A stretch of 54,985 nt of DNA, counting the filler, from Stramenopiles sp. TOSAG23-2 (lineage: Eukaryota), in the NCBI GenBank assembly GCA_900128395.1. It is 4 parts of 4 records of this genome, joined end to end, with 100 filler letters (N's around TTAATTAATTAA, not from the genome) between each part and the next. Parts side by side here need not be neighbours in the genome. Positions count along the whole stretch, not along the records: positions 13,820 to 27,496 come from LT649790.1; positions 27,597 to 41,259 come from LT649791.1; 2 more parts are not named here. One strand, written 5' to 3'. Positions 22,114-33,284 of this stretch are shown here, piece by piece. Both the position numbers and the translations under genes were made by a program. How positions within the stretch are numbered: the first letter of the stretch is position 1; the number at the start of each line of letters is the position of its first letter. The notes under the pieces were generated by a model, which saw only the letters and a program-made list of their open reading frames with translations, searched no databases and was not told where the DNA came from.

Positions 22114-23773
22114 TTATAAATCTTTTGATGAACCTACTTTTGCACCTTTCGTTTGTAGCAACGATTGAACGTCCTTTTTAAAATCACTTTCAACAAGTTT
22201 ATTTGCATAATCTAAAGGTGTCTCTCCGTTTTTATCTTTGCCATTGATCACATCACATGCTAATATGGATGAATTATTTAATAATAGTTTTATTAATTCT
22301 ATGCTTTTGTTTTCTGTTTTTAATGCAAAATGAAATAAATTCCATTTATCAACATCAACAATTGCAACATCAATGGATGGATTTTTCAATAAATAATCTA
22401 CAACATAAACACTTCCTTCCCAAATAGCAGCATGTAAACCAATCGTTTCTTCCCCAGTGCTATCTTTACCCTTTAAATTAATATCAATTTTACCAATCTC
22501 AATATATCTTCGAATATCTTTGATACGTTCCTCTTCACAAGCAACAATAAATGGCGTTCCGCTTGGAAATTCTATGGCATATTTTTCATTTAATTTAATT
22601 ATTAAATTTGAATCATCAGATGAGAAAGATTTTTTCCGACTTATATTTTTTTTTAAATCTTTTTCATTTTCAGTTGAAACAATATTTATCTTATGTTGCT
22701 TTCCAGGGGGTATGTTAAATGATGTTAGTTGTGGACTAAAAGACATACCATTACTATTATTATTGCTGTTGTTGTTGTTGTTATTATTATTATTATTGGC
22801 AGATTTTTGTTGCTGTGAAAATGTTTTTTTATTTAATGTAATAAAAGGATGTTCAAGTAATTGTACACTATTCCATCTTTTCGTTTGATCTCGCTGCAAA
22901 CAAATTTTTAAAAAGTCAATACCAATATCAGATAAATTTGATGGAATATAGGGCAATTCATTAGTACCTGTAATTTTGTTCATAATTGCAAATATATCCG
23001 ACGTGTTTGGCCATGGGCGAGTTGCTGTAGCCATCTCAATAATAGTACAAGCAAAACTCCAAATATCAGATTTACGACCAACATGTTGTTTGGCATGATT
23101 AATTGCTTCTGGTGCCATCCATGGTATTGTACCAAACATGTGACTATTTGTAGTTTCTGAAAGCGAAAATTTACCTTCAAACTGTTTTGAACATCCAAAA
23201 TCAGCTAATTTTATTATGCCATTTTCATTAACTAAAATATTTGCACATTTAATATCACGGTGTATAATGCCTTCTTCTTCAAGACCATGATAATTATGTA
23301 AATAGGAGAGTCCTTCTAAAATTTGTTTTGAATACTCTCGAATAATTTGTGTATTTATTGGCCCCCATTCGCAATACATATCTCTTAAAGATCCCCCAGA
23401 AACATATTCTAATAATATATACATTTGTACTTTATGATTAATATACCTAAAATCGGTTCCTAAATATTGTACAATATTTTTATGTGATAATTTTTTCATG
23501 ATTGTTATTTCTTTTTGTAAATGTGCAAATGATTCATATTTTAACGGTTGTTCTTTCCCAGATTTATTATTAAACAATGTTTGCGAAAACAAACTTTTTG
23601 AATCTAATTCTTTAATTGCTATTTTTGCGCCAGTTTCTGTATTCATACCAACAAACACTCTACCACTCCCACCTACACCAATTTGAGAGCCTATTTCCCA
23701 TTCAATTTTATTACTATTAGTGGAATTAAAATCCAGATTTGCATCATAATGCGTTGTATGGCTCATGCAATAT
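22114..23773 (-). CDS. STE11/MEKK-like Ser/Thr kinase with C-terminal ankyrin repeats (5' end runs into gap)
   Basis: IGVGGSGRV, AIKEL, LEYVSGGSL, HRDIKCANIL, LADFG, GTIPWMAPE and SDIWS kinase motifs; ankyrin repeats GTPFIVAC, IGLHAAI and GETPLDYA. Confidence 0.9.
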
Positions 23774-23960
23774 NNNNNNNNNNNNNNNNNNNNNNNNNNN
23801 NNNNNNNNNNNNNNNNNNNNNNNNNNNNNNNNNNNNNNNNNNNNNNNNNNNNNNNNNNNNNNNNNNNNNNNNNNNNNNNNNNNNNNNNNNNNNNNNNNNN
23901 NNNNNNNNNNNNNNNNNNNNNNNNNNNNNNNNNNNNNNNNNNNNNNNNNNNNNNNNNNNN
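23774..23960. other. Scaffold gap (187 N)
   Basis: Run of N with no linker. Confidence 0.98.
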
Positions 23961-24391
23961 TTTGTATTTGTTTTTTCTTTAAAGCGATGCAACTAATCAC
24001 CCCAGGCACCGGTAGACGGAAATGAAAAAGGTTATAGCTGCTATAAAAAGTAGTAAAGAGAGTGACGCTCTGATGCACCTCTCTCACACACTGGCTCACC
24101 ATAAAATTTCATAAAATATAGCAGGTAAATATCACCCAGTACAATTAGATAATTACAATAATATATAGTAGTTTTGAAATTCAATATTTATTTAAAAAAA
24201 AAGATTCATGTATATATCTAATATAAGATATAGATATAATAGATACAATATTATATAATATCTATTTTAATATAGTATTGATCGTTATTAGTACTCATAC
24301 ATACACACACACACATATACATACATATACAGATACATATATTGTTTCATTTCATTTTTTTTGATTGCTATAATATAAAATTTTTGAGACA

Positions 24392-27300
24392 ATGAGTCGG
24401 GTAATTGCACAAAAAATTTTATTATTAGAAGCAGAATTAGCAAAATTAAAAAAGGAACAAGAAAAAAGTTTAGCTGGTGACAATGTAAATGTATTAGTAG
24501 TTGGATCAGGTGGTAGAGAACATACAATTGCATGGAAATTATCTCAATCTAAACGTGCTGGAATTATTTACTTTGCACCTGGAAATGGTGGAACAAATGA
24601 TGAGAAAAATGACAATTCATCCAATAATGCTTCGATCATAATAAATATACCAAGTTTAAAAGTGACAGATATCGATGGTGTTGTAAAATTTTCACAAGAA
24701 AATAATGTTGGACTTGTCGTAGTTGGACCTGAGGTGCCTCTTGTAAATGGAATGGCGGATGAATTAAACAAAGTATCTATCCCATGTTTTGGACCACAAG
24801 CTATGGCAGCTAAAATTGAAGCTAGCAAAGCATTTTCAAAAGATTTCATGGCTCGTAACAACATACCTACTGCGGAATATAAAAATTTCACAGATTATGA
24901 TGCAGCTAAGGAATATATTGAAAATGCAAAATTTCAAGTGGTTATAAAAGCATCAGGTTTAGCAGCGGGTAAAGGTGTCTTAATGCCAAATACCAAAGAA
25001 GAAGCATTGAATGATCTGAAAAGCGTTATGTTAGAAAATGCATTTGGTGATGCTGGCAAGGAAATTGTTATTGAGGAACGATTGGATGGGGAAGAGGCAT
25101 CGTGTATGGCATTTACGGATGGAGTGAATGTAGTAGCATTACCAGCTGCACAAGATCATAAACGTATCTGGGATAATGATCGTGGGTTAAATACTGGTGG
25201 TATGGGTGCATACGCACCAGCACCACTTGTAACCCCAGCATTGACCAAATTAATTATGGAAAAAGTATTAAAACCAACGGTTGATTCACTGAGAAAGGAA
25301 GGACGGAAGTATGTCGGTGTAATATATCCAGGATTAATGATCAACAAAGCTACCAATACAATTAAAGTATTGGAATACAATTGTCGACTTGGAGATCCAG
25401 AAACACAAGTTTTATTACCGTTGTTAAAATCAGATCTGCTGGAGATCATGTTGGCATGTACAAACGATTCGTTGAACAAAGTGAATGTAGAATGGCATGA
25501 TGGTGCTGCAGTAACTGTTGTGGCAGCATCAAAAGGATATCCAAAAAAATATCCAAAAGGAATGAAAATTACAGGTCTTGAGAAAATACCAACATTGTTA
25601 GGTGGTGACAAAAATAAATTGTTAAAAATATTTCATGCAGGTACAAAATTTCAAGAAAGCGATTCATCGTATTATACATCTGGTGGACGCGTACTAGCCG
25701 TAACTGCACGTGGAAAAACATTGGAAGATGCTGTGAAATGTAGTTATCATGGTATGCGCCAATTACATTTCGATGGCATTCAGTATCGTAATGATATTGC
25801 GAAAAAAGGCGTACCTGGTAAACCTCCATTGAGACTAGGTGTCTTAGGTTCTACGCGCGGAACGGACTTACAAGCTATAATTGATGCGATACAAGGAGGA
25901 CGTTTAAATGCAACTGTGGAAGTAGTTGTTTCGAATAAAAAAAATGCTTACATTTTAACAAGGGCAAAAGAGCATCAAATAAATGCTTATTACGTACCTT
26001 GTAAAAAAGGTACGGAAAGAAAAATTTACGATGGTAACGTTAGTGAAAAGTTACAAAGCCATAATGTAGATTTAGTCTTGATGATTGGATATATGCGTAT
26101 TGTATCCAGTTCATTTTGTAATACATGGGCTGGAAAATTGATTAATGTTCATCCATCTTTATTACCAGAATTTGCTGGCGGGATGGATTTAAATGTTCAC
26201 GAGGAGGTCATTAAAAGTGGAAAGAAATTAACCGGTTGTACGGTTCATCTTGTTACTGAAGAAGTTGATAGTGGTCCTATTATTATTCAAAAAAGTTGTA
26301 CGGTGGATGAAAATGAAACGGTAGATACGCTGAAATCGAAAGTACAATATCTCGAAGGCGAAGCGATGATAGAATCTGTACGTTGTTTCATGGATGGTTT
26401 TTTCCCGAAGACAGCTAGTACTTCAACAATTACATATGCAGACTCGGGTGTCAATATTGCAGAAGGCAATGCCTTGATTGATGATATAAAACCACATTGC
26501 AAATCAACCAGACGACCTGGATGCAATGCTGATCTTGGTGGTTTTGGTGGATTATTCGATTTAAAGGAAGCAGGTTTTGTCGGCGATGACACAGTTTTAG
26601 TATCCTGTACCGATGGTGTTGGCACGAAATTGAAAGTTGCACAATCATTTGGTGTACACAATACAGTAGGTATTGACTTAGTAGCTATGTCCGTGAATGA
26701 TTTAATTGTGCAAGGTGCAGAACCATTGCTTTTCTTGGATTATTTTGCATGTGGTAAATTAGAACGCAAAGTAGCCTCTGAGGTAGTTTCTGGCATTGCT
26801 GCTGGTTGTCGTTTATCTGGGTGCGCATTGATCGGTGGCGAAACTGCAGAAATGCCTGGAATGTATGCAGATGGTGAATATGATCTTGCCGGCTTTGCTA
26901 CTGGTGCAGTGCAACGGAGCAAATTGTTACCGCATGAGGTTCAAGTTGGATATACACTTATTGGAATACCATCATCTGGTCTTCATTCCAATGGATTTTC
27001 ATTAGTACGCAAATTAATAAAAGCATGCGATTTAAGCTTTCAATCACCATGCCCATTTGATCCAACACGAAAATTTGGCGAAGTATTACTTGAGCCGACT
27101 GTCATATACGTAAAAGAATGTTTAAAACTGTTTAAATTGGAAATTATCGAAGCGTTAGCACATATAACTGGAGGTGGTTTAGTCGAAAATTTACCACGTG
27201 TTTTAACTGATAATGTTAGATGTGAAATTGATGCTGGATCTTGGAAACGTTTATGCCCAGAGATATTTCAATGGATTGCATCATTAAACAAAGTACCTAC

Positions 27301-27472
27301 AGATGATATGTTTCGTACATTTAATTGTGGAATTGGTATGGTATTATTTGTAAAAGAAGAAAATGTCGATAAAGTTTTAGGGCTAGTGAGTAATTCTGTA
27401 CGTATTGGAACAGTAGTTGAGAGACAAAATAATAAGGAGGAACAAATTCAGATTGTTGGTACACCATGGTAA
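24392..27472 (+). CDS. Trifunctional purine biosynthesis enzyme, domain order GARS(PurD)-GART(PurN)-AIRS(PurM)
   Basis: PurD: VGSGGREH, KASGLAAGKGV, QDHKR, NTGGMGAY, EYNCRLGDPE. PurN: GSTRGTDL, GYMRIV, INVHPSLLP, GCTVHLV, VDSGPII. PurM: TYADSGVNI, GGFGG, TDGVGTK, GGETAEMPG, SSGLHSNGFSL, HITGGG, RTFNCGIG. Confidence 0.96.
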   Translation: MSRVIAQKILLLEAELAKLKKEQEKSLAGDNVNVLVVGSGGREHTIAWKLSQSKRAGIIYFAPGNGGTNDEKNDNSSNNASIIINIPSLKVTDIDGVVKFSQENNVGLVVVGPEVPLVNGMADELNKVSIPCFGPQAMAAKIEASKAFSKDFMARNNIPTAEYKNFTDYDAAKEYIENAKFQVVIKASGLAAGKGVLMPNTKEEALNDLKSVMLENAFGDAGKEIVIEERLDGEEASCMAFTDGVNVVALPAAQDHKRIWDNDRGLNTGGMGAYAPAPLVTPALTKLIMEKVLKPTVDSLRKEGRKYVGVIYPGLMINKATNTIKVLEYNCRLGDPETQVLLPLLKSDLLEIMLACTNDSLNKVNVEWHDGAAVTVVAASKGYPKKYPKGMKITGLEKIPTLLGGDKNKLLKIFHAGTKFQESDSSYYTSGGRVLAVTARGKTLEDAVKCSYHGMRQLHFDGIQYRNDIAKKGVPGKPPLRLGVLGSTRGTDLQAIIDAIQGGRLNATVEVVVSNKKNAYILTRAKEHQINAYYVPCKKGTERKIYDGNVSEKLQSHNVDLVLMIGYMRIVSSSFCNTWAGKLINVHPSLLPEFAGGMDLNVHEEVIKSGKKLTGCTVHLVTEEVDSGPIIIQKSCTVDENETVDTLKSKVQYLEGEAMIESVRCFMDGFFPKTASTSTITYADSGVNIAEGNALIDDIKPHCKSTRRPGCNADLGGFGGLFDLKEAGFVGDDTVLVSCTDGVGTKLKVAQSFGVHNTVGIDLVAMSVNDLIVQGAEPLLFLDYFACGKLERKVASEVVSGIAAGCRLSGCALIGGETAEMPGMYADGEYDLAGFATGAVQRSKLLPHEVQVGYTLIGIPSSGLHSNGFSLVRKLIKACDLSFQSPCPFDPTRKFGEVLLEPTVIYVKECLKLFKLEIIEALAHITGGGLVENLPRVLTDNVRCEIDAGSWKRLCPEIFQWIASLNKVPTDDMFRTFNCGIGMVLFVKEENVDKVLGLVSNSVRIGTVVERQNNKEEQIQIVGTPW

Positions 27473-27496
27473 TCCTGGTAATTACGAACACACCGT

Positions 27497-27596
27497 NNNN
27501 NNNNNNNNNNNNNNNNNNNNNNNNNNNNNNNNNNNNNNNNTTAATTAATTAANNNNNNNNNNNNNNNNNNNNNNNNNNNNNNNNNNNNNNNNNNNN
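27497..27596. other. Artificial contig linker
   Basis: 100-bp N block with central TTAATTAATTAA. Confidence 0.95.
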
Positions 27597-28239
27597 TATT
27601 AATTAAAGTATAATGTTTGTAGATTAATAATATTTCAGTGATATAGGGATTGCTTCTTTTGGATTTTTGTTAAAATCGAGTTTTACACAAGAATAGCAAC
27701 GATTCGGGACTTTTTCATTAAAAAAGGTTGATTTACCTATATGGAAGGCCAATCAGTTGAACGCAGGGAGGGTGCTTAGTATATGAATTTTATATTTAGG
27801 TGAATTCCTAATAAGCATACATCCTATCGTTAGTATACCAGACCGACTAATTTACCACCACTTTAACAGCCTCACAGCACTGTGTTTATTTTGCAATTTG
27901 CAATTCGCAAAATATTCGGAGAGGTTATTAAGTCTTCTACCACCACTTTGGTGATAGGTACAAATCATAGCTACGCACCTTGATAGGACGGAGGTAATTC
28001 TAGACTCTAAATCACAACTCACAAATCTCCACAACCAGCACACTACTTTACTATTTTAATACATGTTGCACATCTACGTAGATTTTTAACACACTCGAAA
28101 TAAAATTAAACGTTTTATATATATATATATCATATAATCATATACGGAATATAAATAATTCTCTTATTTATAATTATTCATACGGAATATATATATTTTT
28201 ATAGAAAAATATTTTTTATTTTTTTTTTTTAAAATGTTT

Positions 28240-30914
28240 TTATATCTCTTTTACCATATACGTTCCAACTAATTTATAGCCTAACTTCTCACGGTAATAA
28301 TTTCTTACTCCTACACCACTAATATCAGCAATTTTATTATATCCATTCCTTTTAGCAATAATTTCAGCTCTTTTCATCAATTTGCGACCAAATCCAACAT
28401 GTTGTGAGCTATTTTCACCAACACCTCCACCAATTGCTAAGGCACGATATCAGCAATTTTATTATATCCATTCCTTTTAGCAATAATTTCAGCTCTTTTC
28501 ATCAATTTGCGACCAAATCCAACATGTTGTGAGCTATTTTCACCAACACCTCCACCAATTGCTAAGGCACGTCCATATACTTGCAGCCAGCGAACTATAG
28601 CAGCACCTTTGATTTCCTCGGGCAATTCTTCGCGTTCTTTTTCTCTGTTTGGACCATTATTAAACCGTAATTTCAAAAAACCATAGACGTATTTCCTATC
28701 TTTTGTTTCAAAAGATAAAAACCATTCTTCCCCGCGATTTGCATAGTATTTGTGCTCATGATACGTAGCCTCTGATATGTCAGTATAATTGGCATTGATT
28801 TCACGCGTTCTTAAACACATTGATTTTACTTTCATGCGATCATGTACAATTTGCTGTGCATTTGTTACATTTACCCCGGCAACAACATAATTTGCTTTGC
28901 CTTTCATTGGCGAGGCGGGTACATCTCTTATGATTCTCTCCACACGTTGGTAAGGTTTTACATATGTCATGAAATGTTCAATTACTCCATATAAACTTTC
29001 AGGGCCTTGGGATTCAAAATATGGAACAAATTTCTTTTCGTTATACCATTTTTTCAATTCACTAAATTCTAAGACCATTGTTGGGTATAATTTCCATCTA
29101 TCAAAATCAAAAAAGTAATACGCAACATGGCCATAATTTTGATCTATATATTTCACAACATTATACATTATAACGGCAAGTAAGTTAATAAAGATCGTGA
29201 TTAATAATAAATGAAAATGATTTTCTTCTAGGAACATATTATTGTAATTATTATTCAGTTTGTAATGATAAAAACAATACATAGCTATTGATATGGGAAG
29301 TGGTATTAAAACATTGTTTAACCAACGATAATCACCAACACGTACAATTTCTACACCATTTAAGACATCATCAATCATTTTTTTATCTTTTTCTGGGGAA
29401 CTTCCTGGTAAATCTGGCATTATATGTGCCAAAACTTTAAATCCAAATTCTTTGCATATCATTGCACGGTCGATTAATTCCGCTCTAGTGCAATCACGTT
29501 TAGTCAAGCGATGTACCGCATCATCAGTTGTTTGAACACCCATTTCAATTGCAGTGATTCCCAGATGCCTTGCCCATTTTAAATTTTTATAGGATATCAT
29601 TTTTGGATGATCCTCCACACAAATTTCAACGGCACGGCATATTGCGGATTCATTTATACGCTGTTCTTCCGCTAAGCTTAATTTTGCCCTCCCTAATGGC
29701 TTACCTACAGTGTTCAACGCGTAAAAAATATCTCGAATGAAACTTTCCTGACCTGGAGAAGTAAATACACTCCACGTACCCCCAACGCAACGCACAAACA
29801 CTTTTCCACATTCATGCCCCATTCCCATCAATGTTGTGATTCGATCATACACTTGTGACGTTGTACTGTAATCGTTTTGTACTGCGCGCCGAACACCTGG
29901 CTCGTGGGTCAAGTATGACTTTGGATTGATTTGATTACCCTCATCATCAACTTCATTTGGGCAATATACACATCCAAATGTACATGATTTAATGCCATAA
30001 TTTCCTTTGATTAACCCATTTACTGTTTCATCAATTGATAAGCCTTTTAAACCATTGACGTTTCCTTCATCAAGAGATACAATATCAAATATATTATTTT
30101 TTCGTCTTCTCTTTTTTTTCTTTCCTGCTTGTTCGCCATCATCATTAGAAGATATATTAATATCTTTACCAAATGTTATAAAACTTGGTTGTAGCGATAG
30201 TATGTCATATTGCCCATCAAAGGATAAATTTGCTGTTGTTGATGAATTATTATTATTATTATTATTATTTTTGTCTTTTTTTTTTTTTACATTGTTTTTA
30301 CCACAATAATCTAGATAGGAAAGAAGTGTATACACGCTTTTCCTTTCTACAACTTCTAACTGAAAAATAGTTTCGTCTACTTTGGTAAATTTGACGGACC
30401 ACATAGGCGCATTATGACCAGGCGGTAAAAATATACTTAAATTGACACCACCAAATGTACTTTTGCTTAGCTTTTTAATAAATAATTGTTCAATTTCAAG
30501 ATCAGCTTCAATAATTTTTTCTCGAACCAAATCACGATATACATGTATTACTTCACTTTTTCTAGTATTGCTATAGCCTCTTTTGTATATTGCACTAGTA
30601 GCACGGCTATAATCTACTAAATTCAAGCGTTGTGACGGTGTTTGTGCATGCCTTTTCACTTTCATTTCCTTCAAATAGTCAATAACTTCTATAACAAATG
30701 GTCGTAATTTTGGATTGCCTTTTTTTGGTTGAAATCCTTCCCACCGATTTGGATCATATTTCACTACATCTTCGATATCATCTAATGCCATTTGGATTGT
30801 CGTGTTACACCAATAAATCGTTATAATAAAATTTGGATTGCCTTTTTTTGGTTGAAATCCTTCCCACCGATTTGGATCATATTTCACTACATCTTCGATA
30901 TCATCTAATGCCAT
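28240..30914 (-). CDS. ELP3: Elp3-like radical SAM / KAT enzyme with internal hydrophobic insert; both ends duplicated in the assembly
   Basis: [71 protein letters not shown] and QHVGFG motifs. The canonical C-terminus [27 protein letters not shown] ends at 28240, past a 125-bp duplication that truncates the ORF-track version. Removing the 123-bp 5' duplication gives ATG 30791. Confidence 0.88.
28322..28571. repeat. Perfect 125-bp tandem duplication (probable assembly artefact)
   Basis: 28322-28446 = 28447-28571. It shifts the Elp3 C-terminus out of frame. Confidence 0.9.
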
Positions 30915-30954
30915 TTGGATTGTCGTGTTACACCAATAAATCGTTATAATAAAA
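30709..30954. repeat. Perfect 123-bp tandem duplication spanning the Elp3 start
   Basis: 30709-30831 = 30832-30954. It produces the repeated [27 protein letters not shown]. Confidence 0.9.
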
Positions 30955-31178
30955 ATATTTAAAAATAAATAAATAAATCTTATATTGTATATAATCGTAC
31001 ATAGACATATATATATGTGTGTGAGTTAACATTTAATTGTATACAGTTCCCCCGACCCCAACATCGAGAGAGAGATTATACACAGTTATCTCACATCATA
31101 ATTTCTTAATTTACAGGCGCGGCGGAGAGAGAGAGAGAAGATGGAAGATGGAAGATGGATGGCCATCGCCATCGATAA

Positions 31179-31212
31179 TACCTGGTAGAGCTACCTGGTA
31201 GTGTACCTGGTA
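31179..31212. promoter_or_regulatory. Triple TACCTGGTA cluster upstream of Elp3
   Basis: Perfect copies at 31179, 31192 and 31204, next to AAGATGG x3 and a GA tract. Confidence 0.5.
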
Positions 31213-31512
31213 ATAAAATATAATGGAGTTTTCAGCTCCCAGAGAGCCCAGAGAGGCTTAGAAACTGAAAAATGTATTACTGTATATTATTCTAATTATG
31301 TACTCGATTCCAATCGTTCTTCCCTGCTACCTGCTATACAACGCTACGAGGCTTCAGCATAATGCAACGTTTGAATATATTAGGTTGGATGAATAATTGA
31401 CAAACAGACCAGCAATCATTAACGAGAACAGCATCACCAACACACCGTCCCAACCTACGTGAGTGCAAAAGGTGATATTGACGTTTACGATTACTTTCCT
31501 TGTTTCTTTAAA

Positions 31513-32040
31513 TTATAGTAGAGACAACAGTGTAATCCCAACAAATATAAGAAAGCCAAAGCAAAGATGAGTCGTTGTGCCACTTGATGTATCTGGTTCA
31601 TTTGCTTTAGGTGATGGTGATGGTGATGAGCTGCAAAGATTGTATGCACTCCCGTCGAGTGTATCTTTGGCATGCATTACCTGCGTTCCATAGGTGTATG
31701 TATAACACTCGCCTTTAGATGCTTTAGCCCAGTTTTCAGCGGTCATGGTCATATTAATGACGCCTGTGCATACAGAACAATTCGAGTTGCAGTTGGTACT
31801 TTGTGACCATCTATTAATGCCACCCTCTACAAATGGGCAAGTATTCTGTTTAAAAATAGTGACACCAGGTATAGAAGAGCACAGAAAACCGGGTTCTACA
31901 TCTGCAGAGGGTAATACAACAATTGAGTGTATTGCTGTCACTGTTGTGCAGCTTGCTTCTGCATATGATGTTGAGTTATATGCTAACTCATTTGCGTTTA
32001 CTATGGTAAAAGTAGACAAAGCAATTATAAGCATCAACAT
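31513..32040 (-). CDS. Small Cys-rich, probably GPI-anchored surface protein
   Basis: Signal-like MLMLIIALSTFTIVNA, 8 Cys in the ectodomain, an SPSPSP stalk, small residues DTSSG, then terminal hydrophobic LCFGFLIFVGITLLSLL with no cytosolic tail. Confidence 0.7.
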   Translation of the reverse strand: MLMLIIALSTFTIVNANELAYNSTSYAEASCTTVTAIHSIVVLPSADVEPGFLCSSIPGVTIFKQNTCPFVEGGINRWSQSTNCNSNCSVCTGVINMTMTAENWAKASKGECYTYTYGTQVMHAKDTLDGSAYNLCSSSPSPSPKANEPDTSSGTTTHLCFGFLIFVGITLLSLL

Positions 32041-32393
32041 CTCAAGGTAAATTATAACACAGCAACTGCGTATGTTTATTCACCAAATTATAGAAAAACA
32101 ACAGGGATCGCAACACGCCAAATAAATAGTCACAGCGTTCACTTGCTTCAAAATAACGCGCACGTGAATGTTCAACACCGCAGCAAATTTTCTAACCGTT
32201 CGTTTGTTGTTTTAACTTTCTTTCGCTTTTCTTTCTTTTATTTTGACGTTTCCGTGTTTGCTGGTAAAGTTGTTCCTTATGTAAATATATATTTCTGTTA
32301 TCATTATTTAAAACAAGGTGTGCCGCGTGTGCATGCCGCACCACCATTCCCGGCATTCTTCAAAAACCTATACGGAGACAATCTTTCAACCAT

Positions 32394-32621
32394 TTAGAAA
32401 ACCTAGCAGGCGGGTATCACGCGCACATAGGCCGCAGGTGTCTTGACTCTAGGCAATATGCTTACTTGGGGCGGCAGAATAACTTTGCTCGTACAATGAT
32501 ATCACCCTGCTAAAAAATCCTTCACAAAATTAGAAAACCTAGCAGGCGGGTAGCACCGCACGCGCACATAGGCCGCGGGTGTCTTGACTCTAGGAAACAT
32601 GTTACTTGGGCGGCGGAATAA
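32394..32621. repeat. Two diverged ~90-bp GC-rich direct repeats
   Basis: 32394-32482 and 32530-32621 share TTAGAAAACCTAGCAGGCGGGTA...CACGCGCACATAGGCCGC.GGTGTCTTGACTCTAGG...TTACTTGGG..GGC.GAATAA, with indels and substitutions. Confidence 0.85.
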
Positions 32622-33195
32622 TCTTATCGAAGGCGGATTCTTTTTCACCGATTCGGGTTGTTGTTTGCAATAGACTATTTTTATGTTGTATATACAAAGT
32701 CTTTTTTTACGAATAGAAAAATTCTCGATACTGTGTGAGTGCTAATGAACCTGTTGCGGATATTTTTAAGCCGTCCAATATGATAGGCAAACCGGTGTTG
32801 TGAATGCTACAGCACGTTTTTGTACTTATTTTACTGTTTTAGGAGTTTTGTCCGTAAGCGTAATAGGATGCTAATATAGTGAGAGCCCGAAATTTGGAGG
32901 TAGGGGACACAGCACAGAAACATTAAGGTTTTGTGAATATCGACGAGGGCGCACAGTTTGTAGGCTGTACTGTACTGTCCTGTAGTCTAAGTGTAAAATC
33001 GTTATTTTTTTATAAGAAGCATCTTCATCATTTTCAAACTGAAAAATATATAAAGAAATAGAAAAAAAAGGTGATATGTATAGATGAACAAAACTGATTG
33101 ATTTCATTTAATTTGATTTTTGCACATAGTTATATATTTGTAAATTACAAGTAAAGAACACTTATATATATATTTGCACGTGGCCGTCTCTCTCT

Positions 33196-33226
<31 letters not shown>

Positions 33227-33246
33227 CCTTGACATTTATATCTAAC

Positions 33247-33278
<32 letters not shown>

Positions 33279-33284
33279 AACATT

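Noticed and set aside
23683-24102. ORFs running through the N gap, including the 24102 start for the kinase
   Set aside because: They are open only because N codons are untranslatable; the gap length and frame are unknown.
28437-28446. Elp3 C-terminus ...ADIVP* and a pseudogene call
   Set aside because: It is produced by the 125-bp perfect duplication; the canonical C-terminus is present and intact to 28240.
33186-33271. (TC)n(TG)n and (TA)n tracts
   Set aside because: Ordinary microsatellites, common in intergenic DNA throughout the window.
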